Shown: positions 1 through 10,686, counted from the stretch's first letter. The stretch: 64,000 nucleotides of DNA from Candidatus Tepidifontimicrobium thermophilum (GCA_031459915.1 JAVKHO010000004.1:32001-96000); one strand, 5' to 3'. The notes: generated by a model from the sequence alone, not told the origin. A program made the numbers and translations.

Positions 1-407
1 TCCCACTGGTAGGCCAGCTCGATGATGTGCTGGCTGCTGGGGATCTCTACCACCACGCCCTTGACCCCGCAGTCCACCGCCTGCTGCACGTCCGACACCA
101 GGCACCGGCTGAAGGCGTACACCTTCGGACCCAGGTCCCGCCTGGCGATGGCCTCCACCGCGGCCCGGTCCGCCCGCGACACCATGGGCAGCCCCGCCTC
201 GATCCGGTGGACCCCCGCCTCCGCCAGCTTCTCCGCGATCCGGATCTTGTCGTCGGTGGTGAACACCACCCCCGCCTGCTGTTCCCCGTCCCGCAGGGTC
301 ACGTCGTGGAACTCCACCTTCGGCGGGAAATGCAGCTGCGCGCGGACCTCCGGCGCGTAGTTGTGGGGGCTGGTGAACCAGCGTTCCGTCATCCACGGGG
401 TCGTCAT
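1..407 (-). CDS. DRE-TIM metallolyase (isopropylmalate/homocitrate synthase, HMGL-like), 5' part only; runs off the window edge
   Basis: Manual translation from ATG at 407 (GGAGG RBS upstream) gives MTTPW...FHDVTLRDGEQQAGVVF...GVHRIEAGLP, with the LRDGEQ DRE motif. Not listed in the ORF track. Confidence 0.85.
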   Translation of the reverse strand, partial: MTTPWMTERWFTSPHNYAPEVRAQLHFPPKVEFHDVTLRDGEQQAGVVFTTDDKIRIAEKLAEAGVHRIEAGLPMVSRADRAAVEAIARRDLGPKVYAFSRCLVSDVQQAVDCGVKGVVVEIPSSQHIIELAYQW

Positions 408-416
408 CTCGCCCTC

Positions 417-1415
417 CTACGCGGGGACTCCCGCCACCCGGTTCACCGGGTAGCGGGGCGCTTGTCCGGTCAGTACCCGTACCACCTCCTCCGCAGCCTT
501 GCGCTGCAGCTCCTGCAGCGACTCCTCGGAGTAGAAGGCCACGTGGGGCGTGAGGATCACGCGGTCCAGTCGGAGCAGGGGATCCTCGGGCGGAGGGGGC
601 TCCGTGGGGAGCACATCCAACGCGGCCCCCGCGATCCACCCCCGCTCCAGGGCCCGCACCAGGGCGCCCTCGTCCACGATCCGGCCCCGGGCGGTGTTCA
701 CGAGGTACGCGGTGGGCTTCATCCACCGCAGCGCCGCCTCGTCGATCAGCCCCTCCGTTTGGGGTGTGAGGGGCGCGTGCACCGACACGTAGTCCGACCG
801 CTGCAGCAGGTCCCTTAGCCCCGCGGGCTCCACTCCCAGCTCCCGCATGACCGCCGGGTCCACGTACGGGTCGAAGCTCAACACCCGCATTCCGAAGGCC
901 TGCGCCTTGCGGGCCACCAGGCGCGGGATCTTGCCGAACCCCACCAGGCCCAGGACCTGACCCGACAGCCTGTGGACGGGGACCGCGTCCCGGGCGTCCC
1001 AACGCCCCGCCCGCACGTTGCGATCCAGCCACACCACCTTCCGGGCGCACGCCAGGACCAGGGCCAGGGCGTGGTCGCTCACCTCGTCCACGCAGTAGTC
1101 CGGGACGTTGGTCACCACGATGCCGCGCGCGGTGGCGGTGCGCACGTCCACGTTATCGACGCCGATCCCGTACCGGGCGATGATGCGGCACCGCCGCGCG
1201 GCCTCCACCACCCGCGCGGTGACTGGGGCGAAGCACACGAGGAGGGCGTCCGCGTCTGCGACGGGTTCCAGGAGCTCGTCGTCCCGGTGCGCCTGCAGGG
1301 CGACCAGGTCGGCCCCGATCTCCCCCAGGATCCTCCGCTCCACCTCCAGATGGGGAAAGACGGAGTCCGTGACAACGACCTTGAACCGACCGCTACCCAC
1401 CGCGCTCCCGCTCAT
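417..1415 (-). CDS. D-isomer-specific 2-hydroxyacid dehydrogenase (CtBP/SerA-like)
   Basis: GIGVDNVD, GLVGFGKI Rossmann motif, NTARG, AALDV, TPHVAF. Confidence 0.9.
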   Translation of the reverse strand: MSGSAVGSGRFKVVVTDSVFPHLEVERRILGEIGADLVALQAHRDDELLEPVADADALLVCFAPVTARVVEAARRCRIIARYGIGVDNVDVRTATARGIVVTNVPDYCVDEVSDHALALVLACARKVVWLDRNVRAGRWDARDAVPVHRLSGQVLGLVGFGKIPRLVARKAQAFGMRVLSFDPYVDPAVMRELGVEPAGLRDLLQRSDYVSVHAPLTPQTEGLIDEAALRWMKPTAYLVNTARGRIVDEGALVRALERGWIAGAALDVLPTEPPPPEDPLLRLDRVILTPHVAFYSEESLQELQRKAAEEVVRVLTGQAPRYPVNRVAGVPA

Positions 1416-2103
1416 CCGCCTTGCGCTCCCGGCGCAGGTAGTCCACCAGCATGCGGCACGCGATCCCCAGGTGCTCCTCCAGCGCGGCCACCGCGCCGGC
1501 GGCGTCCCGGCGGCGGACCGCCTCCAGGATCTTTCGGTGCTCCCGCTGCGAGTACTGCTTGCGCTGCATCACGGAGATGTACAGGCGCAGGTAGCGGTCC
1601 ACGTTCGTCCGCAGGGTACGGATGAGGTTCAGCAGGCGCTGCCGTCGGGATGGGGCGTACAGCACCGCGTGGAACTCCGTGTTCAGCTCGCTCCAGGCGG
1701 AGGGGTCGCCCTCTGCGTCGATGGCATCCAGGATCCGCTCCGCACGCTCCAGGTCCTCGTCCGTGAGGTGGGGAAAGGCCAGCCGGAGGGCCTGGCACTC
1801 CAGGGGGATCCGGATCTCGTACAGCTCCTCCACTTCCTCGGGGCTGAGTTCCGATACTTCGAAACCCCGGTAGGGCCGCAGACGCACGAGGCCCTCCGCC
1901 TCCAGCTGGCGCAGGGCCTCTCGGACGGGGATGTGGCTGACGCCCAGCTCGCGTGCGATCTCGTCCTGTCGAAGCTGCTGGCCGGCTAGTAAGATGCCGC
2001 GGAGGATGGCCTCGCGGAGGACGTCGGCCACCATCGCGGGGGTGCTCCTGGGCCCAGGGGAGTTGGCCTCCACCAGCGACCGAAGGTCCCCTCTGGACGT
2101 CAC
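1393..2103 (-). CDS. GntR-family regulator (FCD domain)
   Basis: wHTH LGVSHIPVREAL; FCD motifs NTEFH and REHRKIL. Confidence 0.9.
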   Translation of the reverse strand: MTSRGDLRSLVEANSPGPRSTPAMVADVLREAILRGILLAGQQLRQDEIARELGVSHIPVREALRQLEAEGLVRLRPYRGFEVSELSPEEVEELYEIRIPLECQALRLAFPHLTDEDLERAERILDAIDAEGDPSAWSELNTEFHAVLYAPSRRQRLLNLIRTLRTNVDRYLRLYISVMQRKQYSQREHRKILEAVRRRDAAGAVAALEEHLGIACRMLVDYLRRERKADERERGG

Positions 2104-2107
2104 GCCG

Positions 2108-2138
2108 ATATGCTATAGCATATACCCCACAGCGTCAA
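2108..2138 (-). promoter_or_regulatory. Sigma70-type promoter of gntR with an overlapping palindromic operator
   Basis: Minus strand TTGACG (2138-2133), 17 nt, TAGCAT (2115-2110), 6 nt, GTG. Perfect palindrome ATATGCTATAGCATAT at 2108-2123. Confidence 0.7.
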
Positions 2139-2172
2139 CGGATTCAGCCCGGCAGGAGCCGGACCAGCGCAG

Positions 2173-3417
2173 GTGGAACGGGTGGTGACCGTGGACGGTC
2201 GGGACTCTCACACCCCTTTCCGCACCAAGCTGGCGCTCCCTACTCTGGCTCTGGCCTGGCTGGCGGCCGTCAACGGCCGAGCACCCCAGCTCAGCGTGGG
2301 GCCGACCCTCCCCCTGGTGACGCGGGACCTGGGTCTGCCTTCGACTCTGGCGGGTCTGGCGGTGGGGCTGCCGTTGTTGCTCATGGGACTGCTGGCCCTC
2401 CCCGGCGGCTGGTTGGTAGACCGCGTGGGAGCTGGACGGGCGCTGGCAGTCGCGCTTGCCGCGGTGGCCGCAGGAGGGGCAGGACGCGGGTTCGCTACCA
2501 GCCCGGAGGCCTTCGTCCTGGCCACCGCGGTTCTCGGGACCGGCATCGCCGCCATGCAGCCCGCACTGCCCGCCCTGGCCAGGGCGGCCCTCCCCCACCG
2601 GCCCGCCCTGGCCACCGCGGTGTACTTCAACGGGCTCATCCTGGGCGTGTTCGCAGGAGCTGCCTTGGTCCCTGCCTTCCTGCGCCTCAGCGGAGCGGCC
2701 AGCTGGCGGGGAGTTTACTGGATCTGGGGCGCGTACGGGCTGGCCTGCGCTCTGCTGTGGTGGGGATTCTCCAACCGGTCCGGCGCAGGCGTGGCCCCCC
2801 GCTTCAACCCTCGCCCGCCGCACCTGGTCCACGCGGTACGGGAGTCCTTCCGCATCCCTGGCTTCACCGCCACGGCCGTGGCCTTCGGAGCGCAGAGCGC
2901 GATCTTCTACGGCTTCGTGGGCTGGCTGCCCACCGAGCTCGTGCGGGCGGGCTGGACCGTGGGGCAGGCGAGCGGACCCGCGTCCCTGGTGGCGGTGGGT
3001 GCGCTGGTGGCGGGCTTCGGGACCCCCGCCCTGGTGGACGTGGCAGGTCGCAGGCCGGTATTCGTAGGTGCCGGGCTGGTGTGCACCCTGGCCGCCACCG
3101 GCGTCCTGGTGGCCGCGACCTCGGCCCCGTGGTTGTGGGCGTTTCTCGCAGGTTTCGGTACCACCGTGGCCTTCGGTGCGGCCCTGGCCGTCCCTGCAGA
3201 GGTGGCACCCACCGACCGCGTGGGCGTGGTGGCTGGTAGCCTGCTCACCCTGGGGTACGTGATGTCCGCCCTCGGACCGGTGCCCATGGGGGCTCTGCTG
3301 GATCTCACAGGGGCCACCGGGCCCAGCTGGGCGTACATGGTCCTGGTGGGCCTGCTCCTGACCGCGGCGGGCAGTCGGGTGCCGGCGCGGCCTGCTCCCC
3401 CTTCCGGCCCCGCGTAA
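2173..3417 (+). CDS. MFS transporter (CynX/NimT-like)
   Basis: About 12 hydrophobic segments; motif A GWLVDRVGAGR; AQSAIFYG..GWLP. Confidence 0.8.
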   Translation: MERVVTVDGRDSHTPFRTKLALPTLALAWLAAVNGRAPQLSVGPTLPLVTRDLGLPSTLAGLAVGLPLLLMGLLALPGGWLVDRVGAGRALAVALAAVAAGGAGRGFATSPEAFVLATAVLGTGIAAMQPALPALARAALPHRPALATAVYFNGLILGVFAGAALVPAFLRLSGAASWRGVYWIWGAYGLACALLWWGFSNRSGAGVAPRFNPRPPHLVHAVRESFRIPGFTATAVAFGAQSAIFYGFVGWLPTELVRAGWTVGQASGPASLVAVGALVAGFGTPALVDVAGRRPVFVGAGLVCTLAATGVLVAATSAPWLWAFLAGFGTTVAFGAALAVPAEVAPTDRVGVVAGSLLTLGYVMSALGPVPMGALLDLTGATGPSWAYMVLVGLLLTAAGSRVPARPAPPSGPA

Positions 3418-3459
3418 GCCGTCCGCGACGGACCCAAAACCCGTTTTGCCCGGCCGGGT

Positions 3460-5358
3460 CTACCCGCCCGACCCCGGCAGCTGCGGTTCCGCAGAGGCCT
3501 GCCCGTGCGGCAGGCCGACGGTCCTCCTGTTCGCCAGCAGCCGGCGGCCGTATACCGCCCCGCACACCAGCAGTCCGGCCGCGGACCACGCTGCGGAAGG
3601 GTGGAACAGGCCTGCGGCTCCTACGGCCAGCAGAACCCGCTCTGCCGGGCCCAGGGGGCCCGCCAGGTAGCCCATCACCGCCGCGGAGAGGAAGCACAGG
3701 CCCACTGCCGCCGTGCCCACGTGCAGGGCCACGTCCCACGTGCTGCCCCGCAGCAGCAGCGAGGGGATGAACACGAACCCGAACGGGACCAGGTAGCCGG
3801 ACAGGGTGAGCCGCATGCCCTTCAGCCCGGTCTCCATCCAGTTGGACCCCGCGATGGCGGACGTGGTGAACAGCGCCATCCCCTCCGGCGGGGTGATGGT
3901 GGCCAGGACCGAGTAGTAGAAGATGAACAGGTGCGCGGCCAGGGTGGGGATCCCCACGGACTCCAGCGCGGGCGCCACGGTGGCCGCGGCGATGAGGTAG
4001 CTGGCGGTGGTGGGCAGCGCCAGCCCCAGGACCAGGGTGGCTACGATGGCCAGCAGCAGCAGCACGACCACGTTGCCGCCCGCGGCCTGTACCGCCAGGG
4101 AGGAGAACTTCACCCCCAGGCCCGTGAACACGATCATGGAGTAGATCAGGGCGGAGCACGCGGTCCCCATGGCGGCCTCCAGGCTGCGCAGCCCGCCCTG
4201 CGCCAGCCCTTCCGCGATCGCCCTCGGGCCCATCCGGGTCTGCGGCTGCAGCGCCGCCACCAGGACCGTGACCCCGGCCACCACCACGGCGGCGCGCGGG
4301 GCGTGCCACCCACCCAGGACCAGCACCACCAAAAGCACCAGCGGGGCCAACAGGTGGCCGCGACTCCGCAGGACCGCGGGGACCGTGGGGAAGTCGCGCT
4401 CCACCTCCGTCCGGGTCAACCCCCGAAGGCCCAAGGCACCTGCGGCCAGGTAGATGGAGGCGCCCACCCCGAAGTAGTACAGGACAGCCGGCACCAGGGC
4501 CGCCTTCGCGATCTCCACGTACGGGGTGCGGATGAGCTCGGCCATGATGAAGGCCGCAGCGCCCATCACAGGAGGCATGAGCTGGCCGCCCGCAGAGGCG
4601 GCCAGCTCCACTGCGGCCGCCAGGGCCGCGGGGAAGCCGTAGCGCTTCATCAGGGGAATGGTGACGGAACCGATCACCGCGGCGTTGGCGGGCGCGGAAC
4701 CAGAGACCATCCCGAACGCCATGCTCCCCAGCACGGAAACCTGAGCCGGCCCGCCCCGGATGCGGCCGGCCACCCGCATGGCGAAGGCACTGAGCAGGTC
4801 CCCGATGCCCGCCCGCATCAGGAACTCGCCCAGGACCACGAACACCAGGATGTACGTGGCCGCCACGCCCACCGGAAGGCTCCACAGCCCGTCCGGGGTC
4901 AGGTACAGGTAGCCGAGCACGTCCCTCAGGCTGAAGCCCGCGTGGCCCCAGCCTCCTGGGATGAAGCGCCCGCCCAGGGCGTACGCCACCATGGCCAGGG
5001 CCAGCACGGGGAGGGCCCATCCTGTAAGCCGTCGGGTGGCCTCCAGGACCAGCAGCACTGTCACCGCTGCCAGGACCAGCTGGAAGCCCACCGCGATCCC
5101 TGCCTGGTAGGCCACCTGCTCGTGGAATACCAGGACGTACCCAGTCCCCACCACGGAACCCGTCGCGAGCAGGAGGTCCAAGAGCCCCAGCCGGCCTTCC
5201 CGCTCCGCCCGCTGGGCGAACACCAGCAGCAGGACGAACAACAGGAACCCAGACCGTTGTACGAACAGGTCCACCGCCCCGCGCCAGGCGCCCCACAGGA
5301 ACACGAGGCTGAACACGGCGGCCACAGCCCGGTATGCGGTCCGCAGGACGCGGTCCAA
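3460..5358 (-). CDS. TRAP transporter fused 4TM/12TM permease
   Basis: GGPAQVSV, GSAPANA, ASAGGQLMPPVMG, ITPP motifs. Confidence 0.92.
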   Translation of the reverse strand: MDRVLRTAYRAVAAVFSLVFLWGAWRGAVDLFVQRSGFLLFVLLLVFAQRAEREGRLGLLDLLLATGSVVGTGYVLVFHEQVAYQAGIAVGFQLVLAAVTVLLVLEATRRLTGWALPVLALAMVAYALGGRFIPGGWGHAGFSLRDVLGYLYLTPDGLWSLPVGVAATYILVFVVLGEFLMRAGIGDLLSAFAMRVAGRIRGGPAQVSVLGSMAFGMVSGSAPANAAVIGSVTIPLMKRYGFPAALAAAVELAASAGGQLMPPVMGAAAFIMAELIRTPYVEIAKAALVPAVLYYFGVGASIYLAAGALGLRGLTRTEVERDFPTVPAVLRSRGHLLAPLVLLVVLVLGGWHAPRAAVVVAGVTVLVAALQPQTRMGPRAIAEGLAQGGLRSLEAAMGTACSALIYSMIVFTGLGVKFSSLAVQAAGGNVVVLLLLAIVATLVLGLALPTTASYLIAAATVAPALESVGIPTLAAHLFIFYYSVLATITPPEGMALFTTSAIAGSNWMETGLKGMRLTLSGYLVPFGFVFIPSLLLRGSTWDVALHVGTAAVGLCFLSAAVMGYLAGPLGPAERVLLAVGAAGLFHPSAAWSAAGLLVCGAVYGRRLLANRRTVGLPHGQASAEPQLPGSGG

Positions 5359-5368
5359 GTCCGCCCTC

Positions 5369-6337
5369 CTACCGCGGCAACTGCGGCGGCACCATGGATG
5401 CCGGGATGCGCACCCGCGCCTCCCGGTAGAAGCGCACGGCTCCGGGGTGCAGGGGGTAGCGGGTCTCCACGACGCTGGCCGGCTGGAGCCCTTCCGCCTC
5501 CCGGTACACCTGCACGATCATCCGGTAGTTGTCGAACACCGCCTTGGTGATCCGGTACACGAGGTCCGCGTCCAGGTCGTGGCGGGCCGCCATCACCGCC
5601 CACGGCGCCAGCACCCGGGCCTTGCCCGCTCCGCGGTACGACCGCGAGAAGTCCGCCTCCGCCACGGGGATCTGCGGCATCCGCTCGTTCACCAGGGCCA
5701 CCTCGTCGTCGGTGAGGGACAGCACCCGCAGGGGCTCGCGGAGGGAAACCTCGCCGTAGGCGGGGGCGATCCCGCCCGCCACCACCGCGTCCACCTCACC
5801 CGCCTGCAGGGCGTTGGCGGCGTCCGCGTGCGGGTAGTGGAACAGCCGCGCGGGCTTGACGCGCAGCGCCACCAAAAGCTGAGTCCCCACTTTCTCCGCC
5901 AGGGAGCCGCGCGTCAGGACGTTGATCCGTTTGCCGTCCAGGTCGCGGAACCGACGGATCCCCGAGGACTCCTTCACGATAAAGTGCACGTACTGGGGCG
6001 GATTCGTGGGGTACATCTGCAGGGGGAACTTGGCCGCGTCCTTGAACTCGTCCCGTCGGGCCAGGACGTCGTAGCCGTCCACGGTCACCACCACCGCCAG
6101 GTCCACCAGCCCCGCAGCGAGCCGCGCGGCGTTGGCCCGCAGGCCTGGGGTACCCTGGACGGTGGCGGACACGTCCCGCAGCGCGGCGCTCAACACCTGG
6201 CCCAGCCCCACCGCCTGCAGGTAGGGGCCTCCGCCCACCACGCCGCCCGCGATGGTGAGCCGCACTTGGCCCAGCGCCGCCGCTCCCAGCGCCAGGACCA
6301 ACAGGAACGCCAGACTGCCCGTCCGCCAGCTCCGCAT
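5369..6337 (-). CDS. TAXI-family TRAP solute receptor
   Basis: Signal peptide; DLDGKRIN; C-terminal PLHPGAVRFYRE. Confidence 0.9.
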   Translation of the reverse strand: MRSWRTGSLAFLLVLALGAAALGQVRLTIAGGVVGGGPYLQAVGLGQVLSAALRDVSATVQGTPGLRANAARLAAGLVDLAVVVTVDGYDVLARRDEFKDAAKFPLQMYPTNPPQYVHFIVKESSGIRRFRDLDGKRINVLTRGSLAEKVGTQLLVALRVKPARLFHYPHADAANALQAGEVDAVVAGGIAPAYGEVSLREPLRVLSLTDDEVALVNERMPQIPVAEADFSRSYRGAGKARVLAPWAVMAARHDLDADLVYRITKAVFDNYRMIVQVYREAEGLQPASVVETRYPLHPGAVRFYREARVRIPASMVPPQLPR

Positions 6338-6355
6338 GCTCCTCTCCCTCCCTTC

Positions 6356-7270
6356 TCAGGCCGCTAGCCAGGCCTCTTCCATCACGCGCTTGGCGTTCGC
6401 CACGACCAGCTCCGGCCGCTCGCCCGCCAGCAGCGGCCGCACCTCGGCACTGCACACGGGCCGGTCCTGGGGGTTGAAGAAGTTCAAATCCAGCAGGATC
6501 CGGAAGAACCGCGCCACCAGCTGGACGTCCACCTCGCTGCCGGGCAGGTCGAACCGGGGCTGCATGTCGCCCCACGCTACGCTCCGGCGGTCCTGCACGT
6601 ACGCGTTGCCGAGGTGCACGTGCACCAGGTGCGGGCGCAGGGCCGGCAGGACCTCTTCCAGCTCCTCACGGTTCAGGGGCGCGTGGGACAGGTCGTAAAG
6701 GAGTCCGAACCGGGGGAAGTGTTTGCGGACCTCCTGCACCACGTCCAGGGCGTCCGTGTGGAGCCCCACCAGGGACTCCTTGTCCACGTACCGGTCGAAG
6801 ATCTTCAGGGTGAGCCCGGGGTCCCCGTGCTCCCGGGCGAAGGCACACACCTCCAGCAGGGAGTCCACCAGCAGCTTCTTCGCCTCCTGGCGCCGCTCCG
6901 GGCCAGGGTCCTTCCCCGCGGTCAGCCGGACCCACCGCGCGCCCAGCTGCTCGGCTTCCCGGATGCAGTTCTTGACCTGGTTGATGGCCCGGCGCCGCGC
7001 CTCCGGGTCGAAGGCGTTGAGGCTGAGCCTCTGGCTGAACATGGCGGGCTGGGTCGCGTAGCACACCTCCACGTGGCTCTGCTCCAACACCTGCCGGGCC
7101 TGGTCCCGCACGTGCGGGTCCTTGATCCACCCCACCTCGATGGCGGCGAAGAACGTGTCCTCGCACAACCGGGTGAGGCTCTCCACGATGGGGCCGGTCC
7201 CGTCCTCGATGGGGTAGGCCTTGAAGGCCACGATCCCCGGCCGCATGTACGCTTTCATGGGTGCGTGCAT
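6356..7270 (-). CDS. Xylose-isomerase-like TIM barrel (sugar phosphate isomerase/epimerase)
   Basis: AEQLGA, DLSH, HVHLGN and SAEVRP metal-site-like motifs. Confidence 0.7.
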   Translation of the reverse strand: MHAPMKAYMRPGIVAFKAYPIEDGTGPIVESLTRLCEDTFFAAIEVGWIKDPHVRDQARQVLEQSHVEVCYATQPAMFSQRLSLNAFDPEARRRAINQVKNCIREAEQLGARWVRLTAGKDPGPERRQEAKKLLVDSLLEVCAFAREHGDPGLTLKIFDRYVDKESLVGLHTDALDVVQEVRKHFPRFGLLYDLSHAPLNREELEEVLPALRPHLVHVHLGNAYVQDRRSVAWGDMQPRFDLPGSEVDVQLVARFFRILLDLNFFNPQDRPVCSAEVRPLLAGERPELVVANAKRVMEEAWLAA

Positions 7271-7301
7271 ACCCTCTCCCTCCCCTCCGGTCGCTCCTTA
7301 C

Positions 7302-8330
7302 CTATCCCGCGCGATCCGCCACGGCCGCGTGGCCCTTCCGAGGCGGGGCCGTGGACTCGCGCACGCGTAACTCCGTGGGCAGCACCACATTGGCCGCGCG
7401 ACGGCCCGCCCGGACCGCCAGCAACAGCTCCAGGGTCCTGCGCCCCATCTCGTAGGTGGGGACGGCCACCGTGGTGAGGGCCGGCACGCTCACCGCGGCC
7501 GCGGGTGTGTCGTCGAAGCCCACCACGGACACGTCCTCGGGGACCTGCAGCCCTTCCTCCCACAGGGCCCGCAGGGCGCCCAGGGCCATCTGGTCGTTCG
7601 AGGCGACCACCGCGCTGACCGGACACCGCTCGAGCAGCTCCCGCGCCGCGCGGTAGCCTCCCTCCGCGGTGAACTCCGACCACACGAGCCACCGCTCGTC
7701 CGGCTGGACTCCCGCCTCCCGCAGCGCCGCCAGGTAGCCGCGCACGCGGTCCCGGGCGGTCAGGGAACTGGCCGGCCCTGCCAGACACCCGACCCGCACG
7801 TGGCCCAGCTCCAGCAGGTGACGGCAGGCCTGCCGGGCGGCCTCCACGTTGTCCACCCGGACCGAAGGGACCCGCGCGGGGTGCCGGCCCACGGCCACCA
7901 CGGGCACCCGACCGTCCACCATCCGGAGATCCTCCACGGTCAGGGTGCCGCCCGCGGCCACCACTCCGTCCACCCGGTGCTCCAGCAGGGTGCGCAGGTA
8001 CTGACGCTGCTTGGCCGGGTCCCGGTCGGTGTTGCACAGGATCACCGCCAGCCCGTGCTGGTGCGCCACGTCCTCGATCCCCCGCAGGACTGCAGCGTAG
8101 TAGGGGTTGGACACGTCCGGCACCAGCAGCCCCACCACCGCGGTCTCCCGCCGCAACAGGCTCCGGGCGAGGCGGTTGGGGTAGTACGCGAGCCGCTGCG
8201 CCGCCTCCAGCACCCGCCGCCGGGTATCCTCCCGCACGGGGTGGTTGCTCCCGCTCAGGACCCGGGACACGGTGGCAGGTGAGACCCCGGCCAGCCGGGC
8301 GACCTCGCGGATGGTCACGGGATCCTCCAT
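7302..8330 (-). CDS. LacI-family transcriptional regulator
   Basis: TIREVARLAGVSPATVSRVL; VSVVGFDD; LTTV. Confidence 0.95.
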   Translation of the reverse strand: MEDPVTIREVARLAGVSPATVSRVLSGSNHPVREDTRRRVLEAAQRLAYYPNRLARSLLRRETAVVGLLVPDVSNPYYAAVLRGIEDVAHQHGLAVILCNTDRDPAKQRQYLRTLLEHRVDGVVAAGGTLTVEDLRMVDGRVPVVAVGRHPARVPSVRVDNVEAARQACRHLLELGHVRVGCLAGPASSLTARDRVRGYLAALREAGVQPDERWLVWSEFTAEGGYRAARELLERCPVSAVVASNDQMALGALRALWEEGLQVPEDVSVVGFDDTPAAAVSVPALTTVAVPTYEMGRRTLELLLAVRAGRRAANVVLPTELRVRESTAPPRKGHAAVADRAG

Positions 8331-8334
8331 GGCC

Positions 8335-9441
8335 CTACGGGAACACCACCACCTTGATGGCGTCGCCGATCCTCTTCTCCGCGGTCTCCAGGGCCTTCGG
8401 CAGCTCGTCCAGGGAGAACCGGTGTGTGATGAACGGCCTGCCGGAGATCTTCCCCTGCGCCATCAGGGCCAGCCCGCGCTTCACCGCGCCTTTCCCCTCG
8501 CCCCGGATGCCGTACAGGTAGATGTTGTTGCGGACCATGTAGGCAGCGTCGAAGGGTACCGGTTCCCGGCTGAAAGCCGCCAGACACACCTTCCCGCCCC
8601 GCTTGGTGCTGTACAGGGCCTGGTTGATGGCGTCCGGGGCACCGGAGCACTCCATGACCAGGTCCACGCCCAGGCCCTCCGTCAGGTCCCGTACCCGCTC
8701 CACCAGGTTCTCCTGGCGCACGTCCACCACCCAGTCCGCCCCGAGTTCCTGTCCCAGCCGCAGCCGGCTCTCCCGGGTGCCCGCCAGGACCACGGTGGCG
8801 CCCAGGGCTTTCCCACACGCCACCGCCATGAGCCCGATGGGACCCGGCCCGATCACCAGCAGGGTTTCGCCCGCTACCAGTCCCCCGAGCACGTCCAGGC
8901 CGTACAGCGCGGTGCCCGCGGTGACGATGAGGGTGGCCTCGTCGAAGGGGATGTGGTCCGGCAGCTTGTAGACGGTGTTGATGTGGTTGACGGCGTACTC
9001 GGCAAACCCTCCGTCGGTGGTGAACCCGTTGGCCCGGTGCCCCTTGGACCGGCGCGAGTAGTTCAGGCACGAGGTGTACATCCCGTGCCGGCAGCGCTCG
9101 CAGCGCCCGCATCCCGCGTGCACCTCCACCACGACCCGGTCGCCCACGCGGAACTCGTCCACGGACGGGCCCAGCTCCACGACCGTGCCCACGTACTCGT
9201 GGCCGATCACGTGCTGTCCGTTGAAGGGTAGCTCGCCCTCCACCAGGGCCGGGAGCCCGTTGTGCAGGATCTCGATGTCGGTCCCACAGATGGCCACCGC
9301 CTCCACCTTCACCAGGACCTCCGCGGGCCCGGGCCTGGGGACGGGCTTGACCACCGGCCGTAGGTCCCCAGGCCCGAAAAGGGCCCACGCCCGCATGGTC
9401 TGGGGGATCGTCGCGGTGCTTGCCTGTCCCATCGCATCCAC
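8335..9441 (-). CDS. Zn-dependent medium-chain alcohol/polyol dehydrogenase
   Basis: ICGTD, GHE, CGRCERC..C structural Zn site, GPGPIG. Confidence 0.92.
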   Translation of the reverse strand: MDAMGQASTATIPQTMRAWALFGPGDLRPVVKPVPRPGPAEVLVKVEAVAICGTDIEILHNGLPALVEGELPFNGQHVIGHEYVGTVVELGPSVDEFRVGDRVVVEVHAGCGRCERCRHGMYTSCLNYSRRSKGHRANGFTTDGGFAEYAVNHINTVYKLPDHIPFDEATLIVTAGTALYGLDVLGGLVAGETLLVIGPGPIGLMAVACGKALGATVVLAGTRESRLRLGQELGADWVVDVRQENLVERVRDLTEGLGVDLVMECSGAPDAINQALYSTKRGGKVCLAAFSREPVPFDAAYMVRNNIYLYGIRGEGKGAVKRGLALMAQGKISGRPFITHRFSLDELPKALETAEKRIGDAIKVVVFP

Positions 9442-9453
9442 CTCCCTGCCGGC

Positions 9454-10686
9454 CTAGCGGCACACCTCCTGGAACACCTCCTGTACCGCCTGCACGAACT
9501 CCGGGTGGTTGATGGCCGCGTCCACCTCCAAGTACCGGATGCCTGGCCGCAGCCGCTCCCGCACCGCCTCCCGCAGCGCCTCGGGGATGCGGGGATCCCA
9601 CAGAGGGCCGCCTTGCTCTCCGATGTACGACCACCCGCGGAGGGGGACCACCAGCGCCACCGGCCCCGCAGCCTCGTTCAGCCGCGCCACCAGTTCGTCC
9701 GCCACCCGTCGGACCTCCTCGGGCCGGGCCTGCACGTTGGTGTTGTAGGGGTTGTGGTAGTGGGTCGGCCGGTCCCGGTACCTCTCGGGCACGGCATCCG
9801 GTGCGCCGAAGATGAAGTAGTCCAGGCCTCCCGGGGCCACCACCTGCGGCAGTCCCAGCCGGCCGACCACGCGCAGGCGCCCGGACCGCACGGGCGCGTA
9901 GATGTCCTCGGGGAACACCTCGCCGACCAGCTCGTGGGGGGTGAGGTCCAGGACCGCGCTGAAGGCACCCTGCTCGGCCAGCTGCTCCATGGCGGTACCC
10001 CCCGCTCCAGAAGCGTGGAACGCCACCGGTTCGTAGCCGCGCTGCCGGAGCCACTCCACCAGGGCACTCACCGCGCCGTGGGTGTTGCCCAGCGCGGTCA
10101 GCGCCACCGCGGGACGGCCGTCCACGGGCGTCGGCTGGGACTCCACGGCCCCCAGCAGCATCCCCGCCGCACGAGCCAGCACCGTACGGGTGATCCGGTT
10201 GGGTCCGCCCAGAAAGTCCGCGACGGAGAACATCACCGCGATGTCGCTGGCCTGCAGGTAGGGCCGCAGGTTGCCGGAAGCCACGGTAGACACCACCACT
10301 TTGGGGACCCACAGGGGCAGGCTGCGCAGGGCGAGGCAGGCGGCTGCGGTGCCCTGGTTTCCGCCGATCCCGATGGCCCCCGCCAGCCGTCCTTCCTGCC
10401 ACCACCCCAGCAGGACCCGGGCCGCGCCTTCCCCCGTCACGGCCAGCGCCCGGTCCCTGCGCATGTGCAGGAGGTCTGTGGCGTCCACCCCGGCCAGCCG
10501 GGCCACCTCCTCCCGGGGCACGTCCGCTTCGGGCCAGCCTTCGGGAGGGGGACGCAGGCCCACGTCCACCACCTTCGCCACCCAGCCCCGGTCCCGGAAC
10601 CAGGCGCGCAGAAAGTCCGCCTCCGGCCCCTTGGTGTCCACGGTGGCCAGCACCGCGACCCACCGGTTCGCCGACGTGGCCCCCAA
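9454..10686 (-). CDS. Tm-1-like ATP-binding domain protein (UPF0261)
   Basis: TVDTK..E, GGNQGT, PKVVVST, FHASGAGG, HN, INHPEF. Confidence 0.88.
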   Translation of the reverse strand: MGATSANRWVAVLATVDTKGPEADFLRAWFRDRGWVAKVVDVGLRPPPEGWPEADVPREEVARLAGVDATDLLHMRRDRALAVTGEGAARVLLGWWQEGRLAGAIGIGGNQGTAAACLALRSLPLWVPKVVVSTVASGNLRPYLQASDIAVMFSVADFLGGPNRITRTVLARAAGMLLGAVESQPTPVDGRPAVALTALGNTHGAVSALVEWLRQRGYEPVAFHASGAGGTAMEQLAEQGAFSAVLDLTPHELVGEVFPEDIYAPVRSGRLRVVGRLGLPQVVAPGGLDYFIFGAPDAVPERYRDRPTHYHNPYNTNVQARPEEVRRVADELVARLNEAAGPVALVVPLRGWSYIGEQGGPLWDPRIPEALREAVRERLRPGIRYLEVDAAINHPEFVQAVQEVFQEVCR